A stretch of 13,710 nt of DNA from an uncultured delta proteobacterium (GCA_963752595.1 CAVVYZ010000018.1:1-13710), one strand, 5' to 3'. Positions 1 through 9,800 are shown, numbered from the stretch's first letter. Translations and numbers: made by a program. The notes: generated by a model not told the origin, from the sequence alone.

Positions 1-30
1 GTCATCGTAAACAAAATAGGGAGGTTTACT

Positions 31-882
31 ATGGAGATAAAGAAAATCTGTGTTCTGGGAGCAGGGTTAATGGGAAACGGGATCGTTCAGGTCTGCGCAC
101 AGGCCGGTTATCGTGTTGCCATGAGAGATATCGAGCAGCGCTTTGTAGACGGCGGCATGAACATGATCAGAAAGAACTTAAGCAACGACGTGAAAAAAGG
201 CAAGAAAACCCAGGAAGAGATGGATGCCGTTCTGTCCAGGATAATCCCGACCGTTGATCTCAAGGAGGCGGCCGCCGATGCGGATGTAGTGGTAGAGGTG
301 ATCATCGAGATCATGGACATCAAGAAAAAGGTCTTCAAGGAACTGGAGGAGATAGTCCCCGCGCACTGCCTCTTTTTCAGCAATACGTCGGGCTTGAGCC
401 TAACCGAAATGGCATCGGCAACAAAACGGCCGGACAAGTTCATCGGCACGCATTTTTTCAACCCTGTTCCGGTCATGAAGCTCCTGGAAATCATCAAAGG
501 ATATGAGACCTCGGAAGAAACCTTGCAGACTGCTCTGGAATGGGGAAAGAAGATCGGGAAGGAATGCATTGTGGTAAATGAAGCACCGGCCTTCGTGGTG
601 AACAGGATCCTGTGCACCATGCTCAATGAGGCTTTCTTTACCCTGGGAGAGGGACTGGCCAGCGCTGAGGACATTGATAAGGGAATGGTGCTGGGGTGCA
701 ACCATCCCATAGGACCGCTGGCGCTTTCCGACCTTGTGGGTCTGGAGACGCTCCTGCACGTCATCGAAGGGCTCCATAAGGAACTGGGGGACAAGTACCG
801 GCCTGCACCGATGCTCGTTCAGCTCGTCAGGGCAGGACGCTACGGCAGAAAGACCGGGAAAGGCGTTTTTGATTATACGTAA
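31..882 (+). CDS. hbd: 3-hydroxybutyryl/3-hydroxyacyl-CoA dehydrogenase, NAD-dependent
   Basis: 283 aa ORF with GAGLMG Rossmann motif, SNTS, catalytic HFFNP, FVVNR, HPIGPL and GRKTGKG motifs; RBS AGGGAGG at 18-24. Confidence 0.93.
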   Translation: MEIKKICVLGAGLMGNGIVQVCAQAGYRVAMRDIEQRFVDGGMNMIRKNLSNDVKKGKKTQEEMDAVLSRIIPTVDLKEAAADADVVVEVIIEIMDIKKKVFKELEEIVPAHCLFFSNTSGLSLTEMASATKRPDKFIGTHFFNPVPVMKLLEIIKGYETSEETLQTALEWGKKIGKECIVVNEAPAFVVNRILCTMLNEAFFTLGEGLASAEDIDKGMVLGCNHPIGPLALSDLVGLETLLHVIEGLHKELGDKYRPAPMLVQLVRAGRYGRKTGKGVFDYT

Positions 883-963
883 CAAATGACCCGGATATGA
901 AACGTGCTGCCGTGCCGAAAACGCCGGCAGCACATTAAAAAAACCATAAGGAGGCTTCCAAAA

Positions 964-2106
964 ATGGATTTTGGGTTATCTGATGAAATGAGAATGCTTT
1001 CAGACATGGCATACAAGTTCGCTGTCAATGAAGTCGAGCCTGCTGCGGCAAAGGCGGACGAGGAGGAGAAATACACGCCTGAGATCCGCAAGAAGGCAGG
1101 CGAAAACGGCCTGATCGGGTGCTGGATACCCGAAGAATACGGCGGCGCAGGTGTGGGTTTCCTCGGCAGCACCATCATCACCGAACAGATCTCCCGGGTC
1201 TGCATGGGCATAGCTCTGAATATTACAGCTGCCACGTTCGGCAGTGAAAACATTTACTACTACGGCACCGAAGAGCAGAAAAAGAAATACCTGCCTCCGG
1301 TGTGTGCAGGAGACACAGTATTCGCAGGCGCTTATACGGAGCCGAATGCAGGAACCGACGTTGCCGGTTACAAGACGCGTGCCGTTCAGGACGGAGATGA
1401 CTTCGTCATTACCGGAAACAAGATGTTCATCACAAACGGAACGGTCTGCGACTGGATGGTGGTCCAGGCGATTACCGATCCCCAGGAAAAGGTGCACAGG
1501 AGCTTCAGCCAGCTCATCGTCCCTGCCGATGCTCCGGGGGTCGTCAAGACGAAGATCAGGGGCAAGCTGGGGATCAGGGCCAGTGATACGGCTGAGATAG
1601 CGTTTGATGGCGTACGGGTGCCGAAGGAAAACCTCATCGGAAAGAGGGGGGCAGGGTTCTATCAGCTCATGCATTTTTTCGATACCACGCGGGTAATGGT
1701 TGCAGCCCAGGGCGTAGGGGTCTCCCAGGCATGCCTGGACGAATCAGTCAAATACTGCAAAGAGAGGACTATGTTCGGGAAACAGCTCGGCTCTTTCCAG
1801 ATAACCTTGCAGAAGCTCACCGAAATGTGGATCCGGATAGAGGCCTTGCGGAACATGACGTACAAGGCCGCCTGGCTGCTTGATTCCGGCAAGCCGGACT
1901 ACCATCTCTCGGCAATGGCAAAATATTTCGCCGGCCAGACAGCCGTTTTCTGCGCCAATCTTGCAGTAGAACTCCACGGCGGGTACGGCTACATAGAAGA
2001 ATACAAGGTGCAGAAATGGTATCGCGACGCCAAGATCCTCGAACTCTATGAGGGAACCAAAGAAGCCGAGATCATGACCCTGGGGAAAGTACTCATGTCG
2101 AGATAG
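964..2106 (+). CDS. Acyl-CoA dehydrogenase (short/medium-chain family)
   Basis: YTEPNAGTD, GNKMFITNG, GGYGY and YEGT (catalytic Glu) motifs. Start placed at ATG 964 (MDFGLS) because of RBS AAGGAGG at 948-954, rather than GTG 904. Confidence 0.93.
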   Translation: MDFGLSDEMRMLSDMAYKFAVNEVEPAAAKADEEEKYTPEIRKKAGENGLIGCWIPEEYGGAGVGFLGSTIITEQISRVCMGIALNITAATFGSENIYYYGTEEQKKKYLPPVCAGDTVFAGAYTEPNAGTDVAGYKTRAVQDGDDFVITGNKMFITNGTVCDWMVVQAITDPQEKVHRSFSQLIVPADAPGVVKTKIRGKLGIRASDTAEIAFDGVRVPKENLIGKRGAGFYQLMHFFDTTRVMVAAQGVGVSQACLDESVKYCKERTMFGKQLGSFQITLQKLTEMWIRIEALRNMTYKAAWLLDSGKPDYHLSAMAKYFAGQTAVFCANLAVELHGGYGYIEEYKVQKWYRDAKILELYEGTKEAEIMTLGKVLMSR

Positions 2107-2119
2107 TATTGATTGGACT

Positions 2120-2160
2120 TAAAACCGGGGACTGCAGAGATACCTCAGGCCCCGGTTTTA
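2120..2160. terminator. Probable bidirectional intrinsic terminator between convergent genes
   Basis: Perfect 11-bp inverted repeat TAAAACCGGGG (2120-2130) / CCCCGGTTTTA (2150-2160) with short T tracts on both strands; overlaps the Nudix stop codon. Confidence 0.65.
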
Positions 2161-2699
2161 CCTTCATGAATGAGAAGCTGTGCGAATGCCGCCACCACAA
2201 GACCATGAGTTATATACCCCTGGCGGATCATTTCATACACTTTGGGCAGCTTGACGAGTTCTACCTTTATGGCCTCGGTAGGATCGAGGTTCTGGCCGGA
2301 TCCGGGCGTTGCGTTGCGGGCCAGAAAGGAATAGCACCGATTGTTCTGAATGGCAGGGTTGGGCTCGACGGACCCGATGGGGACGATCTCGTCGCTTAAG
2401 TATCCCGTCTCTTCGGTCATCTCCCGTGAGGCTGCTTCCGCAGGGTCCGGATCGTCTCCCGAGATAAGTCCACCGGGTATCTCAAAGGTTTCTCTAGCCA
2501 CCCCGTGGCGGAACTGCCTGATCATCACGACATCTCCGTCCTGCGTAATGGGGATGATGTTCACCCAGTCGCTGAATTCCAGCACCATAAAATCGTGCGT
2601 AATATTATTGGGAAGGAAGTGATAGGTGTCCTCCCTTACCTTTACGATCCTGTTTTCATAGGTAAACCGCGTGTTCAGATGATTCCAGTACCGCTTCAC
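2145..2699 (-). CDS. Nudix hydrolase, ADP-ribose pyrophosphatase-like
   Basis: RQFRHG..FEIPGG..EAASREMTEETGY Nudix box with a short acidic insertion; GTG start preceded by AAGGGG. Confidence 0.88.
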   Translation of the reverse strand: MKRYWNHLNTRFTYENRIVKVREDTYHFLPNNITHDFMVLEFSDWVNIIPITQDGDVVMIRQFRHGVARETFEIPGGLISGDDPDPAEAASREMTEETGYLSDEIVPIGSVEPNPAIQNNRCYSFLARNATPGSGQNLDPTEAIKVELVKLPKVYEMIRQGYITHGLVVAAFAQLLIHEGKTGA

Positions 2700-2787
2700 A
2701 TGTCGCCCCTTGAGAATATTCTTGGTAGTGCTATTCGTATTATTGCTTCTGGAGTCACGAAGTGCAAGCAGGTATTATCATATCCGG

Positions 2788-2816
2788 TTGCCAAGGCAGA
2801 GGAGGTATGGTAATTT
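2788..2816 (+). promoter_or_regulatory. Candidate sigma70 promoter for the small Cys-rich gene
   Basis: TTGCCA-N17-TAATTT with TG immediately upstream of the -10 (TGgTAATTT). Confidence 0.3.
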
Positions 2817-2834
2817 TTCCATCAGGAGAAAGAA

Positions 2835-3059
2835 ATGAAGTGTAAATATCTCGATGAGAAATGCTACGAGTTCCATGACAAGGACTGCACCGACAAGTGC
2901 TTTCTCTGCAGTGAGAATTCTGAGAAACTTTTTGTTGTGCGGCAGGTCGCAAGCATGAAAATGGTCCACATGTGCGGTGAATGCATGGTGAACAATTCTT
3001 CCGAATATCTCCTTGACAACACCCGTCCCTGGGAAGGTGACAAGGGCAAAAGCAACTAG
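2835..3059 (+). CDS. Small Cys-rich hypothetical protein, possible zinc/metal-binding
   Basis: 74 aa, RBS AGGAG at 2824-2828, 7 Cys including CFLC and HMCGEC pairs; fills the gap between two minus-strand genes without overlap. Confidence 0.7.
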   Translation: MKCKYLDEKCYEFHDKDCTDKCFLCSENSEKLFVVRQVASMKMVHMCGECMVNNSSEYLLDNTRPWEGDKGKSN

Positions 3060-3060
3060 G

Positions 3061-4170
3061 CTACAGCTCGTACAGCCTCGGGAATTTCATAGTAAAGATC
3101 GTTCCTTCGCCTACTTTTGATGCAACCTCGATCCTCCCGTCATGGGCCTCCAGTATCTTTTTGCTGAAGGTCAGCCCGAGCCCGGATCCCTTCTGGCGTT
3201 CTTCTTTGCCCCGTACCCGGTAGAAGGGTTCGAAAATGAAAGGAAGTTTATCCTGGGGAATGCCCTGCCCGGTATCTGCAATGGTCACGTAGACATAGTA
3301 GTCGTCATAGTCTGACTTCACCAATATCTTCCCGCCGGGAGGCGTATACTTGGTGGCATTCCCGATGATGTTGCTGAAGACCCTGAGCAGGCTTTCCTGG
3401 TCCCCCAGGATCTTGGGAAGTTTTTCCTTGTAATCGGGTTCAAGGATGATTTCCCTTTTCTGACACACCGGGCACATCTCATCCATGCTCCTCACAATGG
3501 ACCTCTGTCAGGTCCAACGGAACCTTTGCCTCGGAAAATGTCCCGTTTTCGATGCGGGAAAGGTCGAGCCAGTGCTCGATGAGGTCCTGAAGGCTCTGGA
3601 GGCGCTTTTCGCACCGTGTAAATAATTTCCACCGCATCGCTCTTAAGCGTATCCGCTGCAATGAGCTTCAGCGACTCGATGTATTGCTGGATGGTCACGA
3701 GCGGGGATCGCATCTCATGGGAAACAAAGGTTATGAATGTTCTTCTCCATGCGTGCCTTTTCTTCCCGCAACCCGTCTGCTTCTTTCTTGAGATTCAGGT
3801 GCTCGATGCCCCTTCTCGTGACTGCCCGGAGCTGGTCAGGAGTAAACGGCTTGGGCAGATAGTCGTACGCACCCTTTTTCATCGCCTCTACCGCAGAAAC
3901 GATGGAGGCATATCCGGTGATCACGATCAGGACAATATCAGGCATGTCTCTGGAGAGGAGCTCGATGATATCCATGCCTGAACAGTTGGGCATCTTGAGG
4001 TCTACAAAGGCGACCTCGGGCTTGATATCCCGCGCCATCTTGATGCCCGCCGCACCGTCCGATGATGTGGCCACCGAATAGCCGGACTTCTCAAGGGCTT
4101 GCCTGCACCCATCAAGGATGGATTCTTCATCGTCGATGATGAGAATCTGCGAAGCAACATCCTGTTGCAT
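3061..4170 (-). CDS. Hybrid REC-HisKA-HATPase histidine kinase, cytoplasmic (split by three apparent +1 indels)
   Basis: Receiver (IIDDE, VDLKMP, ITGY, PKPF), then H-box FVSHEMRSPL, DLSRIENG, N-box NIIGNATKYT, DTGQGI, FEPFYR, GSGLGL. Removing one base near each of ~3739, ~3621 and ~3499 restores one continuous frame. Confidence 0.85.
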
Positions 4171-4184
4171 CCTTATCTCCTCAT

Positions 4185-4571
4185 CTAACCTACGAGCTGT
4201 CCCACATACTGTAGGAGATCGTCTGCCTTGATGGGCTTGTGGAGTACAAGATCCACGGTCGGAAGATCCTCGGGCGGCTCGAAAGACTGATAAGGTCCCT
4301 GAAGATCGACCGCACTCAGCATGATGAGAGGGATCTGTTTGCCGGTGTCGGAGGTCCTGAGCTTGGATACGACATTGAATCCCTCGCTCCAGGTCTCCAT
4401 CATCATGTCGATGATGGCGAGGCTCGGGTTCACGGACTTAGCCATCTCAACACCTGATTTGCCGTCTTCCGCAAGGAATACCTCATAGCCGCCTTTTTCA
4501 AGGATGAGCTTTGTCGCCATCAAGAAGTCTTTGTCGTCGTCAATGAGTAACACCTTTTTTTTTGCGTCCAT
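4185..4571 (-). CDS. Single-domain response regulator (CheY-like receiver)
   Basis: LLIDDD, IIDMMMETWSEGF, MLSAV, HKP; RBS AAGGAGG upstream. Confidence 0.9.
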   Translation of the reverse strand: MDAKKKVLLIDDDKDFLMATKLILEKGGYEVFLAEDGKSGVEMAKSVNPSLAIIDMMMETWSEGFNVVSKLRTSDTGKQIPLIMLSAVDLQGPYQSFEPPEDLPTVDLVLHKPIKADDLLQYVGQLVG

Positions 4572-4606
4572 AACCTCTACCTCCTTGGTTGATCTTGCTC
4601 TTGTTA

Positions 4607-4622
4607 AGCAAGGTCAATGCCA
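4607..4622 (-). promoter_or_regulatory. Sigma54 (-24/-12) promoter
   Basis: TGGCATTGACCTTGCT = GG-N10-GC, near consensus TGGCAC-N5-TTGCW, 36 nt upstream of the receiver start. Confidence 0.8.
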
Positions 4623-4684
4623 CTCTATAACTAATGAAATTATATAAGATTCAACTGATCAATACATGAAATGAATTCATACGG

Positions 4685-4722
4685 AGGGGAATAATACCCC
4701 GCAGGTGAGGAAGATATACCCA
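4685..4722. promoter_or_regulatory. Putative tandem enhancer (UAS) sites for a sigma54 activator
   Basis: Imperfect palindromes GGGGAATAATACCCC (4686-4700) and GAGGAAGATATACCCA (4707-4722), 21 bp apart, separated from the promoter by an AT-rich spacer. Confidence 0.55.
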
Positions 4723-4738
4723 TGAAGGGCCTTAAGCT

Positions 4739-6094
4739 TTACTCGTCTTCATCTTTGACCTCGATCCCGTAATTGCGGATCTTGGTCCTGAGGGTTTTCC
4801 TGTCTATACCGAGAAACTTCGCGGTTTTGTTTATCTGGTAATTGAAATGGCGGAGCGCTTTCTCGATATGCTCCTTTTCCACATCTACCAGGGTCATCTT
4901 CCCGGAGAAGGGATCTACAACCGGTGCCTTCGCCTTAGTGTCCTGGCCGTAGTAGAGAATATCGGACAGATTCACCTCTTCGCGGTCGCAGAGCACGCAG
5001 AGCCTTTCAATAGTGTTCTTGAGTTCCCGGATGTTTCCGGGCCAGCCATAGGCTGTCAGCGATTTCATAGCCTCCTGGGAAATGCGTTTTGCCTTGCTGC
5101 TGTGCTTGATTCTGAATATCTCAAAATAGTGCTGGGCAATGGGTGGAATATCCTGCTTGTGTTCCCGTAGCGGCTTGATGTGGATGGGAACCACGGAGAT
5201 CCGGTAAAATAGGTCTTCCCGGAAGGAACCCGACTTGATTTCTTCGCGCAGGTCTTTGTTCGTTGCCGTGATCAGCCGCACATCCACCTTCTCAGGTATG
5301 GAACTCCCGACCCTCGGCACCTCCTGCTCCTGGATTGCACGAAGGAGCTTTGCCTGGATTTCCATGCTGATATTGGATATTTCATCCAGGAACAACGTTC
5401 CCTTATCGGCCATCTGGAATCTTCCTTCGCGGGTTTCCGTCGCTCCGCTGAAGGCCCCCTTGATGTGGCCGAAGAGTTCCGATTCCATGAGATTCTGCAC
5501 CAGCGACGAGCAGTCGACCGGCATAAAGAGCTTGTCGGAACGGGTACTCAAACTGTGAACAGTGCGCGCGACGAGTTCTTTCCCTGTCCCGCTTTCACCG
5601 GTAATGAGCACGGTGCTGTCGGTTTTGGCGATGCGCCTGATGGTGTCTTTAAGTTCCTTGACATAGTCGCTCGTGCCGATGAGCATCGAAAGAACATCAC
5701 CCAAGGTACGTTCCTGGACGTCTTCCGAGAAGCAGTCCAGCACTGCCTGCTTGAGCTCGACTGCATTGAAGGGTTTTGTAATGAAATTGCGGGCACCGAG
5801 CCTCATTGCCTCTACTGCAAGCTGAATGGTGCCGAAGCCTGTAATGATGATAATATTCGAAGGGCTGTTATGCTCTTTTTTCAAAATCCTCAGGATGTCG
5901 AGGCCCTCGATCTTGGGCATGCGGATGTCGAGAAAAATGATATCAAAAAGATCGCCCTTTGCCATCTCGAGACCGGTCTGGCCGTCCGAGGCGGTCTGGA
6001 CATTGTATCCCATGCGGGAAAGGATCTGCTGGCAACCGTCCCGAATGGATTCTTCATCGTCCACGATGAGGATGTTCACGTTCTTCTTAGCCAA
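4739..6094 (-). CDS. Sigma54-dependent response regulator, NtrC/AtoC/ZraR family (REC-AAA+-Fis HTH)
   Basis: Receiver domain, Walker A GESGTGKE, ESELFGH, GAFSGA, Walker B LFLDEI, FREDLFYRI, WPGNIRELKN, C-terminal HTH AKFLGIDRKTL; TTG start with GGGAG RBS. Confidence 0.95.
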   Translation of the reverse strand: MAKKNVNILIVDDEESIRDGCQQILSRMGYNVQTASDGQTGLEMAKGDLFDIIFLDIRMPKIEGLDILRILKKEHNSPSNIIIITGFGTIQLAVEAMRLGARNFITKPFNAVELKQAVLDCFSEDVQERTLGDVLSMLIGTSDYVKELKDTIRRIAKTDSTVLITGESGTGKELVARTVHSLSTRSDKLFMPVDCSSLVQNLMESELFGHIKGAFSGATETREGRFQMADKGTLFLDEISNISMEIQAKLLRAIQEQEVPRVGSSIPEKVDVRLITATNKDLREEIKSGSFREDLFYRISVVPIHIKPLREHKQDIPPIAQHYFEIFRIKHSSKAKRISQEAMKSLTAYGWPGNIRELKNTIERLCVLCDREEVNLSDILYYGQDTKAKAPVVDPFSGKMTLVDVEKEHIEKALRHFNYQINKTAKFLGIDRKTLRTKIRNYGIEVKDEDE

Positions 6095-8070
6095 TGTCTT
6101 CTCCCTGGGTGCCTTGCAATGCTTGCCTCCGATGACGTTTCCTGAATGCCAAGGAACGCCGGAAGGCTGATGATGAAATTCGTGCCCTTGCCGGGCTCGC
6201 TTTCGACATCGATGAAACCGTTGTGCTTCTGGATGATGCCGTACGTGATGGAAAGTCCTAAGCCCGTGCCCTGGCCGGGATCCTTGGTCGTGAAAAACGG
6301 CTCGAAGATATGCGGCAGATATGCCTTGTCAATGCCTTTGCCGTCGTCAATTATCGAGATTTTTACCGCATTGGTGCTGGATAGCCAAGTGGTTATCTTG
6401 AGCATGCCTTTGTTCTGCATGGCATCTGCCGCATTGATGAAAAGATTGAGGAAAACCTCTTCCAGGCGCGAGACATCACCCATGACCTGAGGCAGATTCT
6501 GGGCAAGGCGGCTCTCGACGCTGATCCCCAGGAACATGGACTGGTCCTTCACGAGATTGAGCGAGGTCATTGCCACGTCATTGATATTCACGGGGCACAT
6601 GTCTCCGGAAGGGGTCCTCGCAAAGTCGAGGAGGTTCTGGACGATTTTTTTACACCGGTCGGTCTGGTAGATGATTTTTTCCATATTATTTCTGCTCGTG
6701 TGTTCAGTGTCCATCTCCTCCAGCACAAGGTTACTATAGAGCAGAATGCCTCCCAGGGGGTTGTTGATCTCGTGGGCCACCCCGGCAGCCATCTGACCCA
6801 GCGATGCGAGCCTCTCGGTGCGCGTTATGCGCTGGAAGGCCTTCTGAAGCCTCTCGTCCCTGTCTTTCAACGATTTTGCCATATTGTTGAAGGCCTCATC
6901 GAGCATGTCGAAACCGGAGGAACGACCAGGCGGGAGCTGATATTCCAGGTTCCCGGCTGAAATGGCCTCGGTCGCCTGTTTGAGGATTCTGATCCTCCTG
7001 ATGATACTATGTCCCAGGCGGAAAGAGATGACGAAGGCGATCACCATACCCAGGAACGTGATGCCGAAGAACAGCCAGATGGTATGGAGCTTCATATCCC
7101 GGTACTTTGCCTCGAGGATGCCGGTATAGAACATACCTATGATGTTTTTATTGATGTCATAAAGGGGGGTGTAGGCGCTGATGTACCAGTCGTTGACCAC
7201 AAAAGCTCTGCCGACCCAGTCCTTTCCCTCGATAAGGACCCGGTCGGATACCTCCTTGGATACAATGGTTCCGACAGCCCTTTTCTGGTCGGCGGTTTTG
7301 ACGTTCGTCGCGACTCTCACCGGACCGAGGAATATGGTCGCAAATCCTATGTCCCTGCCGTGATAGGTCTCATCCTGATACACTGTCTCCTTGATCGTAT
7401 CCACGATATTATAATCACGGTTGAGAAGGATCCCGCCGATAAGGGCTCCGAGAAGATCGCCCCTGCTGTCGAAGATGGGGTAGGCTGCCCGCAATACCAT
7501 GCCCTGTCTCAGCACCTTGTCTTTGATCTCGACCGACTGGGGCGTTTTCACGATGGGAATAAGCACCCGGGATGTCAACCTGGGGTTCTGGTCTTCGATC
7601 GTTGCAAGAGGCATCGTGACAGCCGAGGCCTGGGATTTCTTTTCAAAGAGGCATTTCCGGACAACAGGATCCCACAGGAGGCTGTCACCCAAGGCGGTCG
7701 GATTGGCTACCCGATATATCACGCGCCCGTGCTTGTCCACCAGGGTGAGCATGTCGAGGCAGTTGCGATCCACGGCGGCCGATGTGCCGGGACGTATGAG
7801 ACATTCCAGGCCTTTGAGCGGCGTGGGGTCATTCTCGTAGATGGCTTCCTGCAGAGGGCTCCTCAAGGAGATGAACTCCAGCTGGTACTTCAGGCGCTCA
7901 AGGTTGTACTGATAAATGAGCTCTGCAGTGTTGATGTCCTGCTGCACCTTCCTCTGGACCTCATCAAGGGTGTTCTTGTTGATGGTTGTAATGCCCACCA
8001 CGGTCGCAACAGCCCCGGTGAGGCATGTGGCAATCAGAAATCCGATAAAGAGACGAGTTTGTAAGTTCAT
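6076..8070 (-). CDS. Membrane sensor histidine kinase with extracytoplasmic Cache domain, HAMP, HisKA and HATPase
   Basis: TM1 ([21 protein letters not shown]), Cache motifs [24 protein letters not shown]2, [34 protein letters not shown]. Start placed at ATG 8070 directly ahead of TM1. Confidence 0.92.
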   Translation of the reverse strand: MNLQTRLFIGFLIATCLTGAVATVVGITTINKNTLDEVQRKVQQDINTAELIYQYNLERLKYQLEFISLRSPLQEAIYENDPTPLKGLECLIRPGTSAAVDRNCLDMLTLVDKHGRVIYRVANPTALGDSLLWDPVVRKCLFEKKSQASAVTMPLATIEDQNPRLTSRVLIPIVKTPQSVEIKDKVLRQGMVLRAAYPIFDSRGDLLGALIGGILLNRDYNIVDTIKETVYQDETYHGRDIGFATIFLGPVRVATNVKTADQKRAVGTIVSKEVSDRVLIEGKDWVGRAFVVNDWYISAYTPLYDINKNIIGMFYTGILEAKYRDMKLHTIWLFFGITFLGMVIAFVISFRLGHSIIRRIRILKQATEAISAGNLEYQLPPGRSSGFDMLDEAFNNMAKSLKDRDERLQKAFQRITRTERLASLGQMAAGVAHEINNPLGGILLYSNLVLEEMDTEHTSRNNMEKIIYQTDRCKKIVQNLLDFARTPSGDMCPVNINDVAMTSLNLVKDQSMFLGISVESRLAQNLPQVMGDVSRLEEVFLNLFINAADAMQNKGMLKITTWLSSTNAVKISIIDDGKGIDKAYLPHIFEPFFTTKDPGQGTGLGLSITYGIIQKHNGFIDVESEPGKGTNFIISLPAFLGIQETSSEASIARHPGRRHWLRRT

Positions 8071-8244
8071 GGAAATCAGTCTTTCACTAGTTTCACATTT
8101 AAACGTTATTTGCTCCAGAGCAAGCCCTGGATTCCCCTTAGCAGCAAGCTGATAAAAATGGAACAAAAAGCATGCTCGCCGGTTTTCCTTGACCGGCGCT
8201 GCGTAAGATGAAGCAGTCAAGCCCCGGCAAAGACAACATTGTGC

Positions 8245-8273
8245 ATTATAACACTGTGGTTGCGGTCAGGCAA
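8245..8273 (-). promoter_or_regulatory. Sigma70 promoter for the kinase/activator pair
   Basis: TTGCCT-N17-TATAAT with extended -10 TG (TGtTATAAT), just downstream of the terminator. Confidence 0.65.
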
Positions 8274-8288
8274 CGTCGGAGAATGATT

Positions 8289-8324
8289 AAAAAAGGAAAA
8301 GAGGGCATCATCGTGCCCTCTTTT
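8289..8324 (-). terminator. Intrinsic terminator of the fdh operon
   Basis: AAAAGAGGGCA-6 nt-TGCCCTCTTTT hairpin (8297-8324) followed by CCTTTTTT on the minus strand, immediately after the receiver stop at 8326. Confidence 0.85.
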
Positions 8325-8325
8325 G

Positions 8326-8734
8326 TCAGCAGGATTTCTGGTTTTGAATGAGGCGGTTCACCCGGGAGAGAAGATCTGTTACAGGCACAGGCTTCGCTAC
8401 ATAGTCATCAGCAAGGCAATATTCGCCGTCGGTGTAAGGGGAGAATTTGAACCCGGTTTTCTCCGTCACGGCGGTAACCATGAGGATCGGGATCATCCTG
8501 CACGACTGATCGTTTTTCAGATCAGAGCACAGATCGAATCCGTCGGTGTGCTTTTCCATCATGACATCCAGGATGATGAGGTCGGGGGGGCTGGCTTTGA
8601 TGGATACCCTGTCCTCCCTGGATGTTATCGGCATGCTTCACCTCATACCCCTGATTTTCAAGGACGATCTTCAGTGCATCCGCATAATCCAGATCATCAT
8701 CAACGATGAGTATTCTTTTTTTATTCCGTGTCAT
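8326..8734 (-). CDS. Single-domain response regulator (one apparent indel near 8610-8620)
   Basis: MTRNKKRILIVDDD (GGAGG RBS at 8741-8745) continues in another frame as PDLIILDVMMEKHTDGF..MVTAV..VAKP. Confidence 0.85.
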
Positions 8735-8768
8735 GATATCCCTCCGGAAATGTATTCTTGTGACCTCA

Positions 8769-9800
8769 TCAGGATTTCTTTTCTGTGAGATGTTTTGCGA
8801 CTTCGATGGTACCGATATGAACCGGGCAGCAATCGGAACATCGGCCGCATCCCACACAGGTGCTCATGCTGCCGTAGGTTTCCCGGTCGGTATGGTAGAG
8901 GAGCTTGTGCTCGTGGCGCCGTTTAAGGCGAGAGCCCTTGGATGCCCTGGGATTATGTCCGGACGCCTCCTTGGTGAATCCGCCGTACAGGCAGGAGTCC
9001 CAGGATCTCAGGCGTTCCCCGTTGCCTTCTCTGAAAACCCGGTCGAATACGTTGAAACAGGTGCAGGTGGGGCAGACAAAAGAGCATCCGCCGCAGGTGA
9101 TGCATTTGTTGCCGAAATATTCCCATGACGTCATCCGGAACGCCTGCGCCCTTGAGCTTCTCCATGAGCTCTGGAATCTCGCGGATGAGGGGTATGCTTT
9201 CCTTGGCTTCTTTTCTCAATGGTGCCAGCAGCTGCGTTCGCCTCGCTGTCCTCGATGTGAATGAACAGCTCGGAGGATGCTAAAAGCTTCGCCTTCGGCC
9301 GACCCGATCTCCACGAGAAACGAGTCGCCAATATCCGTGAGCTGCAGGTCATACCCTGCGTCAGCCCAGGGTCCGCTCCCGTGGTCGTGCAGAAGCAGGT
9401 CGGGCTCTGGGGGCCGGGGCAGGCCATGACGACACAGATGCCGTATCCCGGCCCGCGCCTCGATAGTAGACATCCTTGAAATCTTTGAGGACATGAAGTT
9501 CCTTCGACTGGAGGAGAGCCTTCAGATCGCAGGAGCGGATCCCGAAGAGAAGCCGTCCTGCCTTGTTGGGTGGCCTGGCTGTATGCGCCGTCTTCAACGT
9601 GAAAAATGACATCGCTCTGGGGGAGAAGGGCCTGCTTGGGAGGGAGCGAGGGCTTCCGGTAATCCAGGGTGAAGGAGTCTTCATCGTAGCCGTCGAACAT
9701 GCACTCGTCCCTGTTCTTTTTTCTGCGGGGCAATGACGGTATAGCTCTTTCGCCCACGCCTTCAGTACACTTATCAGGGCTTTTTTCTGATCTGTTTCAT
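8769..9800 (-). CDS. 4Fe-4S dicluster protein, AsrA / sulfhydrogenase beta (HydB) / FlxBCD-like (multiple indels)
   Basis: Frame-hopping motifs [75 protein letters not shown]; AGGAGG then ATG at 9800. Confidence 0.85.

Noticed and set aside
904-963. GTG 904 start for the acyl-CoA dehydrogenase
   Set aside because: Strong RBS and family-typical MDFGLS start at 964.
3479-3740. Separate small ORFs or programmed frameshifting in the REC-kinase
   Set aside because: Three single-base insertions explain all fragments; no slippery heptamers noticed at those sites.
5440-5460. GAFSGA instead of GAFTGA as a sign of a sigma54-independent activator
   Set aside because: Conservative variant seen in other enhancer-binding proteins, and two good -24/-12 promoters lie nearby.
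7009-8064. 351 aa plus-strand ORF and other long antisense ORFs (108-794, 1000-1674, 5465-6145)
   Set aside because: Shadows of well-supported genes on the opposite strand, with no recognisable motifs.
8071-8220. 50-codon N-terminal extension of the kinase from TTG 8220
   Set aside because: No properly spaced RBS; ATG 8070 sits directly before TM1 as expected for this architecture.
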